Positions 1 through 9,203 of a DNA stretch of 64,000 nucleotides are shown here, in pieces. A program made the position numbers and the translations under genes. Each line of letters opens with the position of its first letter. The first letter of the stretch is position 1. The notes under the pieces are model-generated. The model was not told the origin of the DNA and did no database searches. It saw nothing but the letters and a program-made list of their open reading frames with translations. Location: positions 32,914 to 96,913 of the IMG/VR virus record IMGVR_UViG_3300033149_002604. One strand, written 5' to 3'. The stretch comes from a virus.

Positions 1-79
1 TAGTCATATTATTCTTCTTTGCTATATCACTTAATATACTTAAAATGTCTTCATCATTGATAGTTATTGTGATATTCAT
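1..79 (-). CDS. 5' part of a hypothetical protein (runs off window)
   Basis: AGGAG RBS then ATG at 79 (MNITITINDEDILSILSDIAKKNNM...), open to position 1. Confidence 0.6.
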   Translation of the reverse strand, partial: MNITITINDEDILSILSDIAKKNNMT

Positions 80-90
80 TTTTGGCTCCT

Positions 91-1692
91 TTAATTTCCT
101 ATTGCTATCCAATGGAATTTAGCTGTTCCAGTTGTACCAACTCCTTGTACATTGAAGTCAAAGTCAAAACCAGTTGTTGATGGTGGTGATGTCTTCTTGA
201 ATCTAAGACTTCTTATATCAAAATCCCCCGTTCCTGAGTTGTCAAATGAAATATTGGCAGCAAATACATTATTTGGAAACTGTAGGGGAAATACTACCGA
301 TGCTGTGACCCAAGCGGGTGGAGTTACTGATATTGTTCCAGTTTCCTGTACTCCCCACTGAAGAATTAAGCCTCCAGGAAGCTTTTGATACCCATTCGTA
401 TGCTGTGAAGCCGTAAAATCTGCATCTAATCCCCTTACCAAATCTGCATCTAAACCACTCCCACTACCATCTACACTCTTTACTTTGTTTAAAACATCAG
501 TTGCTTCAACGTTATTCATATCTGCATAAGCTAGTGCCGAGAAAACACCAGGAGTTCCACCAGATGTGCAGACTTTAAATTCCCCACCAGAATAGCAGGT
601 GTCTCCATCTTCTGCTTCCCCAGTGGGATCTGAACTTCTATCATAGAAATGGAAATCTGCAACTGATTGTTCTTCATTTATATAAAATGGAATTGATTTT
701 ACGGGATGAAGGACATAAGCTAAAACCCCAGAACCGTATTTTCTTGTACTATCTCCATACGTGTGGCTTGAATCTCCATATGTAAACGTTGTCGCCCCCG
801 TTTCTAGCCGTAACCCATCAGAATCCATTGATACTCGTTGACCAGAAGTAGCAGTTCTTATGTCAACCCCAACTATATCTCCAGCTATTACTTGACCCAA
901 ATTAGCACTTAGGGCTGATAAACTGGGAGTGTAAATTTGAGAAGCCTGAACAGCATTGGCAGCAATATGGGTAGTTTGGATTACACCACTTTGGATGTGT
1001 GAAGCATTTATAGTATTGGTATCAATGTGTGAAGCCTGTACAGCCCCTGCTGAGATGTGAGAGGATATAATTGCTCCACTTTGAATTTGGGATGCATGAA
1101 CAGCGTCTGCTGCTAATTGAACGGTAGTGATAGATTGGGTGTAGATTTGGCCACCATTGATGTAAGTAGTGTCTGATGAATGTGCCCACCCTGCAACGTT
1201 TCCAGACGGAATTGATGCAACATAACTTGTATTGTTTGCTGTGTGGCTAGCTGTAACATCAGCACCTGATTCTGCTGCAAACTTATTTGTAGTACCTTCT
1301 GGTATGTCATCAGCATTTCCGTTTATTGAAGCTAGGTGAAAGTCGTTGGCAGCATTGGTCAGTGTAATACTGTTAGCATATATTTTACCACCATGAATAT
1401 ATGTCGTATCTGATGGATGTGCCCAGCCCGATACATGATTAGATGGTAAACCATTAACATTAGATGTATCATTGGCGGTATGGTTGGCTGTTACATCAGC
1501 ATTGTCTTCCGGCTTATTTGATCCCGTTACTGAATCCCAAGGCACATCGGAATTTGTGGCAGTAATTGTTATACTACCTTTTATAACAAGACCACTAGCT
1601 TCTGTATATTCTACATAATTGCCACCTTTTGTAGTGTCTCCAATCAGAAATCCATTTGAATGATATTCTGCAAGAAGTGTTATTTGTACCAA
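91..1692 (-). CDS. Tail fibre, C-terminal part (gp53-like tip domain); probably the out-of-frame continuation of 1595-3103
   Basis: DGSGSGLDADL and NGYQKLPGGLILQWG...FHWIAIG motifs typical of fibre tips; internal ~46-aa duplication and decapeptide (AVxASxI) repeats; TTG start has no clear RBS. Confidence 0.8.
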   Translation of the reverse strand: MVQITLLAEYHSNGFLIGDTTKGGNYVEYTEASGLVIKGSITITATNSDVPWDSVTGSNKPEDNADVTANHTANDTSNVNGLPSNHVSGWAHPSDTTYIHGGKIYANSITLTNAANDFHLASINGNADDIPEGTTNKFAAESGADVTASHTANNTSYVASIPSGNVAGWAHSSDTTYINGGQIYTQSITTVQLAADAVHASQIQSGAIISSHISAGAVQASHIDTNTINASHIQSGVIQTTHIAANAVQASQIYTPSLSALSANLGQVIAGDIVGVDIRTATSGQRVSMDSDGLRLETGATTFTYGDSSHTYGDSTRKYGSGVLAYVLHPVKSIPFYINEEQSVADFHFYDRSSDPTGEAEDGDTCYSGGEFKVCTSGGTPGVFSALAYADMNNVEATDVLNKVKSVDGSGSGLDADLVRGLDADFTASQHTNGYQKLPGGLILQWGVQETGTISVTPPAWVTASVVFPLQFPNNVFAANISFDNSGTGDFDIRSLRFKKTSPPSTTGFDFDFNVQGVGTTGTAKFHWIAIGN

Positions 1693-3103
1693 GTCTCAAT
1701 ATCTCATTATCAGATGAATCCAAAATCTTATATGCAGCATCATGTTTGATAATCCAGTCACCTGAAAAATATGTTGCATTTCCATCTATTTTAAGATGGT
1801 CTCCTGGTGCAGCATAAAATCCATAATCATCTGATCCCCACTGTTCAGATGGGCTAGCATTTTTAGTTAGGCCATTCAAATAGCCCATCACAACTTTTTC
1901 GTTGTTTGCTGCATCAAAAACGGAAATTCTATCTTTAGACTCGTTTAGCTCTATCCTTCTTCCAGAACTAGATGATCTTAATTTAGTTGCTGTTATTTCC
2001 CATCCAGCAATGTTTCCACCATCTGCCTGCAAATTAGAAACATTTAAAGAACCAGACGTAGTTAATTCGGTGTTTGTTCCTTTCCAGCTTATATTTGTTC
2101 CATCGTATTTGAAATATTTATTTGAACCGTTACCAGCATAGAATCTAGGAGAGCCAGAATTGTAATCAAGCTGAATTCCAGAAGAACCAAATGAAGAATT
2201 GTTTATGGTTATTCTTTTGTTAGATGACGTTAAAACTATATCTGTTCCTGATTTTAGTTGTGATGCAGTTATATCCCAACCTGCAATCTTGCCACCATTA
2301 GCTTGTAAGTTACTTACATTTAGAGAACCGGATGTAGTGAGTTCTGCATTAGTTCCTTTCCAGCTTATGTCTGTTCCATCATATTTGAAGAATTTATCAT
2401 TACCGTTGCCAGTGTAGAATCTAGGAGAACCTGTATTATATTCAAGCTGTATTCCATCCTGTCCGAATGTTGTTGAATTTATTGTTACTTTCTTGTTTGA
2501 AGAATCAAATACTATGCCACCGCTTGCTATTACATCCCCAGTAAAATAGAACCCCGCTATCTGCTGTGTAGAAGCGCTTAGTTCAAAGATTACATTTGAA
2601 CTGTCATCATATCCTTTTATGCCGAAAGTATTACCTAAATCACCTATCTTTATTCTATCTTTACCACCAGAAGATACTGTGATGATTGGTGGGGAATTAA
2701 ATTCATCTGTAATAGTTAAACTACCTGAAATGATTTCATCAGCTACAAAGGCAGTTGAAGGTTTGAATTCATAAATTTGTGTTGGGGCGTTATTAGTATC
2801 ATCTATGTAAACCCGAACATATTTTGCCAATTCAGGTGTAGGAAGAACTGCAATGATCCTGTTATTTGAATCTGGTGTAGCTAGCCAGTAATTAGTTTGT
2901 GCACTAGATTCTGAATTCCCCCTGTTCACTAAAGTAGAACCAGCACCCAGTCCATGTGAAGCTGTACCAGAAAAGTATGTCCAATCATCTGTATCTTTAT
3001 CTTTTAAAGCAAAATAAAGTCTACAAGATGAATCTACCCAAAGAATCATCTTTTCAAACTGTTGTTCAATTGGGTATTGGTATTGTATCCACTGGAAGGC
3101 CAT
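1595..3103 (-). CDS. Tail fibre/spike, N-terminal part with 92-aa tandem duplication
   Basis: GGxIAGWxIT motifs, two 92-aa repeats, located downstream of the tail-tip J gene. Confidence 0.75.
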   Translation of the reverse strand: MAFQWIQYQYPIEQQFEKMILWVDSSCRLYFALKDKDTDDWTYFSGTASHGLGAGSTLVNRGNSESSAQTNYWLATPDSNNRIIAVLPTPELAKYVRVYIDDTNNAPTQIYEFKPSTAFVADEIISGSLTITDEFNSPPIITVSSGGKDRIKIGDLGNTFGIKGYDDSSNVIFELSASTQQIAGFYFTGDVIASGGIVFDSSNKKVTINSTTFGQDGIQLEYNTGSPRFYTGNGNDKFFKYDGTDISWKGTNAELTTSGSLNVSNLQANGGKIAGWDITASQLKSGTDIVLTSSNKRITINNSSFGSSGIQLDYNSGSPRFYAGNGSNKYFKYDGTNISWKGTNTELTTSGSLNVSNLQADGGNIAGWEITATKLRSSSSGRRIELNESKDRISVFDAANNEKVVMGYLNGLTKNASPSEQWGSDDYGFYAAPGDHLKIDGNATYFSGDWIIKHDAAYKILDSSDNEILRLGTNNTSCRISFKWISDWRHYKRWQLCRIYRS

Positions 3104-3105
3104 AC

Positions 3106-6100
3106 TTAAACTGTTATCCCCCCTGAATCTAGGTCACCATCATAAAGCTGGTCAACGCTTCCGGTGACACTACTACTAGCAATCAATCTGAATACATTTC
3201 CTGCTACTAAGTTAGCCGAAGCTTCAGCAGATGCGGTGTTTGATTCGTTACCAAAGTAATCAACATCTTTAACAAAAATCTTCACGTTAGCTGTGTTTGA
3301 ATATGTATCTATATCTGTAGCAGTCAAAGCATAAACTACGCTGTTTTCAGCATTATTATACCAACCATAGTAACTTCCAGTTCCAACCTTTATTCTGTAT
3401 GAATAGTAATTGTGGTCATTTTCTTGGCTGGCATCCCAACCGAATCGTACACCACCAACTACTGGAACAGCATTAACATTTGTTGGGGTAGATGGTGCAA
3501 TGTTTTCTACTTTAAATGGTTGGGAACCGTCAGACAGTATTCCTTGTCCTGTTCTTGAATAGACAATGAATACTAGTGTTGAATATGGATTTCCGTTGCT
3601 GTCTGAATAATTATTATCAAATGTGTAGGTATATTTTTCATCCTTTACAAAAGATGTCCTTAGCAGATTTGTTGATATGGGTGAATCGTGGTATACTTCT
3701 ACAACATATCCACCCAAAGGACCGGATGTAAAAGGTGCTGTACTGACGGGGTTCCATTCTATTGTTATGTCTTTGTCAGAAAATGTCGTTGAATTGGGAT
3801 TCTGTCCTTTGATATATATTCCAGACGGTGGATCTGGTTTATAGTTTGTTGCTTCTAATGTGACACTAGCAAAAATAGGATCACTAGACTTGTATTCAGT
3901 ATTGGTATATGCTTTAAAATAGTAGGTAGTATCTATTTGTAGTAGGTTATTGATATATTTAGCTTTATTCTTGTCTGCACTTACAGTTAATAGTGTGGAA
4001 TACCCATCAACTGAATCCGTTGACCATTCTATTGTGGTATATTTTATATTTGAATCAGTATCAGGTTTGACATAGAATTCAAACCCTATCCCTTCTTCTA
4101 TGTTTACCTGTCGAACTGAAAATTCCACTGGGGGATTTGGTTTCTTGTATGCATTATGTTCTTCTAATGCCGAATAATTGTCCCTTACTACAACTATAGA
4201 ATCTTCACTATAAATTTGTGATAAATGTTCAACTGCACTAACCGAAAGTTCATTGTTGCTATCCCGATTTACTGTAAGTAGCCTAAATGGTTTAATATTT
4301 CCTTGCTTCCCTATTGCATAAATTGAATCAGATACAGGGGAAGCAGTTGCTGAAAGAACAGATATTTCTTGTAAAGAATTCCCATCACTTAAGCCACTTA
4401 CATCTACCGTTGCTGTTACAAATGAATTTTCTTCGGTGGAGTATCTTATTAAGTACGTAGCACTTACATCGTCAAAAGTGTATGCCTTATCAAGTGTTAT
4501 GTCATTACCTGAATACGATAGAATCCTTCCACCTTCACCCCAGCTTGGTAAGGAATGTTGTAGGTAAACTATATCCCCAGCAGTTGCGTGTAATTTGTCT
4601 AGTCCGCATTTAAAATTTACTATGTGTGTGGTGTTTGTGGCCTTGTTTAGTTTGAATTTTAATTCCCTTTCTACACGTTTTCTATCTGTCAGCCATTTGA
4701 ACCCAAGCGTTCTTTCAACCGCTTTTGGGATTGTAGAATCGGTTGTTCTTGCTACCAAAGAACGCATCTGGTAGTTAAGGTCTTTATCTAAAAACTGACC
4801 GTAGATTTTGTAAGGAATTTCAGAAAGCGGAACAAATGACTGTGAAAATTCCTTTATATTCCCTGCCGAAATAAGATGAACTGGTGTGTCATCCCTGTCA
4901 ATAACAAAACTATACTTTCCATTTAACCAAACAGGCCAACATCTAAATGAATCACACATTTCAAACAATGCTGTTATAGCAGATTGTTTACTATCAATCA
5001 CACCATTCATAGTGTGTAGGTGTTCATATGATGATGTTGAATTTTTAAGTTCTACATCTGAAATCGTGAATGATACATTGTTTCCTTCTGAATCAGAATT
5101 GCTTATGTCTAATGAAAGCGCACGTATTCCACCAACAGTAGGGGTAAATGTTATTTGATGTGTTCCAGATGAAATACCTGTTTTTGATCCAAGCAAAACG
5201 TGTGAACCATCAAAGGTATCACCATATATATAGATATCAGAAGTTTCGCTTAGTGAACTAAATGTGATTGAAAATGTATGTTCAACATTTGTTGATAGGC
5301 TTGCATTAAATCTAAAGTTGACACTGTATTCCCTTGATTGTCCATCAGAACTTATTGTTCTAGCAGATGAATCACTGGAACCATTTCCAACAGTAAATGC
5401 CCAATAATTAGCCCATTCTGAATTATCCCCACCATCATACCAGCCAAGGTAATCTATTTGATCTGCTGCCCACTTCTTATGACAGAATTTGATAGCATCT
5501 ATTACACCATTTGTATACAAATCTGATTCAGACAGATACTTTCCTATTCCATATCTGGAATTTAGAAGTAGGTCCCTAACACAGAGCATCGCATTTTCAG
5601 AATATTCTTTTGTATAGGTGGATTCATCCCAAGTTCTTACTGATCCACCTGCTGTTTCAAATTGGTCTAAGGTTTCATTATAGAATAATTCATCGAATTT
5701 TTCTGTTCCACTATGATCTGGAACATCTACCTTCAGTCCACGTATCAAGGTTTTTATACTTGGTATTCCACCAGACAGTTGGCCTGTTGCTTTTATTCTT
5801 AGGCCAAGCAATGCTGTGTTAGGGTATATAAAATTACCGTATACTGATTCAATAACTGAATCCAATGTTATTCTATCAGCCTTCTTCATATCGGAAGATG
5901 CGGCTGTAGTTCTTCGCAACCTGATGGTATATACTCCATTTCCACTTCCACCAGATACAGTTGTGAAATCAATCGTGTGTGCTTGTAGAACAGGGGTATT
6001 TGATTGACCACTGATTGTAGCAGTTGAAAGACTTTGTGACTGGCTGGTTATATTTGCTTCCATACCAACAGTCACGCTTCCAGAAAAACTAACCATATAC

Positions 6101-7401
6101 CCTCTTATTGGATATTCATGGTCTGATGTTGTTCTTCTTGAGAGGATCTTATTACCCACTGAATCATAAGCATCAAAATGAATATATGTTGTCCACGTAG
6201 GATTATCTCTAGTTCCCCCACCAACTGAACCAATATGGGTTACTTTTACCCGAATTGCTTCCGTTTTATAAGTCCTGTATTCTCCATCTGAATACCTATC
6301 ACATTTAATGTAAGTTGGATTATCAGAAGTTGGATACCACCGTTGTGAAGTATAAAATGTATGCCAAGTTCCTTCACTTTCTTCCTTGAATTGAATGCTA
6401 TATTCTACTGAAGTTCCTTGTAGAGCTTGTCCTGTGGCATCATATAGAGCATCAGCCTTGACAGTTAATGTAACTGCATCAACTTCCTTTTGTGTAGTAT
6501 ATTCAACCCAATCCGTGATGATTTCCCTTCCATCATCTACCTGTACACGTGCTTGGTTAAGGTGTGGTATAGGGTTTTGAACAAATGGGTAATATTCGTC
6601 ATAAGTTGAATCAGGTTTGTTCGTTCCAGTTCTGTACCACCAAGTTACATTATCATAGTTTCTAAGCGGTTGGTCATTTATATAGATAGCAGGATTTTTG
6701 TATGAAGAACTTGATGGATCTGAAGTTGTACAAACTTGGGTATGGTCAGCTTCTTGACATATTCCGTCTATTTCACCTTCACTTAAGGCCAATAATAAAT
6801 TCAAATAGTTATCATTTCCTATGTGTTCAGTATAGGCAGAAATAATATTTCCACCGACCATTGTGGTTCCATAAACAACAGGAACGGGGGAATCTGCTCT
6901 AGCCAAGGTCTGTATTCCTGACCAATTATAGGTTGGTGTGGACTTACCACCTTCTGGTAATGATGGAAGATCTGGTGTAAATAGTAAGGATGATATACCA
7001 GAAAGTACTAGAGATATTCCAGCAAAAAGGATACGGGAAGTCCAAGTTGCAGCATTGATTCCCCAAGTTCCTGCTAATGCCCCGCCTAAGTATGGAGCAA
7101 AGGCAATAGCAGCAACCCCTACTGCAATGAACACAAACCCTAAGAAGTTTCTATCTCCACCTTCCAATCTTGATACAATTACAATTTCATCATCTTGCTT
7201 TACAAAGGTAGAATGCCATTTATTGACTTCTAAAGGTTTTCCATTCAGAAAAATAGCTACCTTTTCTTTGATAACCCGATCGTATATTTCGTCACCGACT
7301 TGCTTTGCATACTGGTATACTACTTCAAGCAAGTGTCCTTCTTGAATTTCCTTGAATTCTGACTTTTCTTCAAATATGTTTCGATATGTTACATATGGCA
7401 T
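3106..7401 (-). CDS. Tail tip/host specificity protein (lambda gpJ-like, with gpI-like N-terminus and FN3-like C-terminal domains)
   Basis: PVPVVYGTTMVGGNIIS, LALSEGEIDGI, YPNTALLGLRIKATGQLSG, DLLLNSRYGIG motifs; 1431 aa; synteny. Confidence 0.9.
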   Translation of the reverse strand: MPYVTYRNIFEEKSEFKEIQEGHLLEVVYQYAKQVGDEIYDRVIKEKVAIFLNGKPLEVNKWHSTFVKQDDEIVIVSRLEGGDRNFLGFVFIAVGVAAIAFAPYLGGALAGTWGINAATWTSRILFAGISLVLSGISSLLFTPDLPSLPEGGKSTPTYNWSGIQTLARADSPVPVVYGTTMVGGNIISAYTEHIGNDNYLNLLLALSEGEIDGICQEADHTQVCTTSDPSSSSYKNPAIYINDQPLRNYDNVTWWYRTGTNKPDSTYDEYYPFVQNPIPHLNQARVQVDDGREIITDWVEYTTQKEVDAVTLTVKADALYDATGQALQGTSVEYSIQFKEESEGTWHTFYTSQRWYPTSDNPTYIKCDRYSDGEYRTYKTEAIRVKVTHIGSVGGGTRDNPTWTTYIHFDAYDSVGNKILSRRTTSDHEYPIRGYMVSFSGSVTVGMEANITSQSQSLSTATISGQSNTPVLQAHTIDFTTVSGGSGNGVYTIRLRRTTAASSDMKKADRITLDSVIESVYGNFIYPNTALLGLRIKATGQLSGGIPSIKTLIRGLKVDVPDHSGTEKFDELFYNETLDQFETAGGSVRTWDESTYTKEYSENAMLCVRDLLLNSRYGIGKYLSESDLYTNGVIDAIKFCHKKWAADQIDYLGWYDGGDNSEWANYWAFTVGNGSSDSSARTISSDGQSREYSVNFRFNASLSTNVEHTFSITFSSLSETSDIYIYGDTFDGSHVLLGSKTGISSGTHQITFTPTVGGIRALSLDISNSDSEGNNVSFTISDVELKNSTSSYEHLHTMNGVIDSKQSAITALFEMCDSFRCWPVWLNGKYSFVIDRDDTPVHLISAGNIKEFSQSFVPLSEIPYKIYGQFLDKDLNYQMRSLVARTTDSTIPKAVERTLGFKWLTDRKRVERELKFKLNKATNTTHIVNFKCGLDKLHATAGDIVYLQHSLPSWGEGGRILSYSGNDITLDKAYTFDDVSATYLIRYSTEENSFVTATVDVSGLSDGNSLQEISVLSATASPVSDSIYAIGKQGNIKPFRLLTVNRDSNNELSVSAVEHLSQIYSEDSIVVVRDNYSALEEHNAYKKPNPPVEFSVRQVNIEEGIGFEFYVKPDTDSNIKYTTIEWSTDSVDGYSTLLTVSADKNKAKYINNLLQIDTTYYFKAYTNTEYKSSDPIFASVTLEATNYKPDPPSGIYIKGQNPNSTTFSDKDITIEWNPVSTAPFTSGPLGGYVVEVYHDSPISTNLLRTSFVKDEKYTYTFDNNYSDSNGNPYSTLVFIVYSRTGQGILSDGSQPFKVENIAPSTPTNVNAVPVVGGVRFGWDASQENDHNYYSYRIKVGTGSYYGWYNNAENSVVYALTATDIDTYSNTANVKIFVKDVDYFGNESNTASAEASANLVAGNVFRLIASSSVTGSVDQLYDGDLDSGGITV

Positions 7402-7814
7402 AGCTTTTCTTCAGTCTTTGAATATCGCATTGCTAAGTAAATGTCACTTCTGTATTTATCTAAACTTTCTATTATTGATGTAGAATCAAAGAATATGTGT
7501 AATATTCTGTTTCTGCCAACATAGAGACCTATATGGTTCACGACTTCTCTACAATTAAGATAAAGAAGGATTCCATCAAATATTCTGTAGGGTGGTGTGA
7601 CTTTATACCATCCTTCATAGGTATTGTCTAAGATTATATTCTCCCCTCTTAAGAACCATCGCTTATCATAGGTAAGTTCTTCAAAAGATGGTAGATCTAT
7701 TCCTAGTATTTCTTTATACACCAAACACACTAATCCGTAACAATCCACACCATCAAAACTTCTACCCCTATTTTTAAATGGAATCCCTATGAATCTACTG
7801 AAATCAATAGCCAT
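7389..7814 (-). CDS. NlpC/P60 tail assembly protein (gpK-like)
   Basis: GIPFKNRGRSFDGVDCYGLV and HIGLYVG...LH motifs. Confidence 0.9.
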   Translation of the reverse strand: MAIDFSRFIGIPFKNRGRSFDGVDCYGLVCLVYKEILGIDLPSFEELTYDKRWFLRGENIILDNTYEGWYKVTPPYRIFDGILLYLNCREVVNHIGLYVGRNRILHIFFDSTSIIESLDKYRSDIYLAMRYSKTEEKLCHM

Positions 7815-8512
7815 TATACTACCACAAAAGCTTTTGGTGGAATTGATGGAAATCCACCAAACCTACTAGAATTTTTACGTAGTCTACAATCTTCTAATGT
7901 AAAATTACAATCAGTCCAAGATGCAGCTATATTTCCATCAGGATCACATTCATTACTTTTAAATTCCCATTGACATTCCCTACCATAAGTTCTTCCTGGA
8001 ACAGTTATCTTTTTTATGTCAAATTTGGATTTGCAGGTGAATTGGACTACCTGTTCATTTGTCATCACCGAATCAATGTAGAACTTTTCTTTCATATGTG
8101 ATCTATAGTCTGGTGAAGTTCCTATGTGGTATGCTGTACTTCCACTAGGTAGAAATGGTGCAAATGTAGTTAAAACATACACTTCACATCCACGTAAGTT
8201 AGATCTATCTTGTATATAAGATTCCAGTTGTCTATCAACATTGGGGACAGAAACGGTAAAGGTGCCAATTTCACCTGAAATATTCGATCCAAAATCTTCC
8301 CTTTCTATCTTTGCTTTATAGTACAGTTCTTCAGAGGCGGTTACATCACCACTTGCATTTAACTTGTATCCATAAATATTCTGATTGCTGTTTACAAAGT
8401 ATAGGTATTCTGTACCTGTCGGTGATGCATTTACAACGAACATATCTAATGGATATGTTCCAGACAGCTTTGCTTGTTCTTCAGAAAATGTTGCAGTTAC
8501 TGAATAAGGCAT
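7814..8512 (-). CDS. Minor tail protein (gpL-like, Cys cluster)
   Basis: C-terminal CQW...EC...DC...DC...RFGGFPSIP; synteny. Confidence 0.85.
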   Translation of the reverse strand: MPYSVTATFSEEQAKLSGTYPLDMFVVNASPTGTEYLYFVNSNQNIYGYKLNASGDVTASEELYYKAKIEREDFGSNISGEIGTFTVSVPNVDRQLESYIQDRSNLRGCEVYVLTTFAPFLPSGSTAYHIGTSPDYRSHMKEKFYIDSVMTNEQVVQFTCKSKFDIKKITVPGRTYGRECQWEFKSNECDPDGNIAASWTDCNFTLEDCRLRKNSSRFGGFPSIPPKAFVVV

Positions 8513-8514
8513 CT

Positions 8515-9189
8515 TTACCTCACCTTATACTTACTTATAAACGCCACAGTCCCACTTCTCATATAGCCACCAAAACCAGTTTTGGACAAATTTCCACCAA
8601 TATAGTCGGTCTGTGTGAAGTTTTGTAATGGATCTTGTGCAAAATAGACTTCATATATAGGATAAGCATTAGCATTATTTTGTGAATCTGTTAGTGATAA
8701 GTTTCCGTAATCTTTGGAAATTGTCAATCTGGTTGCAGAATTGATGGTGGTTATGTTACCAATTCTAAATCCATTTCCATTCCACAATAGAAGATAATTT
8801 GCTTTCATATTTGTCGTAGCAGAATAATCTAGTGTGGAATCAATAACCACTTGCCAGTCACCTGCTACTGAAGCAACGGTTGTGGGGGTGTACCCAGAAG
8901 ACCAATCGACTGTGAAAAAGGAATTTAGTTGGGATTTTCTGTTGGAAACAAAGTGTTCGATCTGTTTGTATTCTTTATGGAAAATGTTTGAATAAACATA
9001 GTTGATTGATAGTGTTGGTTCTGCTTTCTGTCGGGTTGTAAGGATAGCTTCATCAAATTGTGAAATCAAATTATGATAGATTTTCTTGCTGAAACATCCA
9101 TCATTTGGTTCCCACAATTTGTATGTAATGTGGTTTATAGTCCCAACAGATTCAGTAGTACTAACTGTTCCAATAGGAAACAATATCAA
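8515..9189 (-). CDS. Putative distal tail protein (gpM position)
   Basis: Lies between tape measure and gpL-like gene; RBS AGGAGAGTGAG. Confidence 0.6.
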   Translation of the reverse strand: MILFPIGTVSTTESVGTINHITYKLWEPNDGCFSKKIYHNLISQFDEAILTTRQKAEPTLSINYVYSNIFHKEYKQIEHFVSNRKSQLNSFFTVDWSSGYTPTTVASVAGDWQVVIDSTLDYSATTNMKANYLLLWNGNGFRIGNITTINSATRLTISKDYGNLSLTDSQNNANAYPIYEVYFAQDPLQNFTQTDYIGGNLSKTGFGGYMRSGTVAFISKYKVR

Positions 9190-9203
9190 TCTAACTCACT
9201 CTC

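Noticed and set aside
91-400. Diversity-generating retroelement target in the fibre tip
   Set aside because: No reverse transcriptase or template repeat seen in the window
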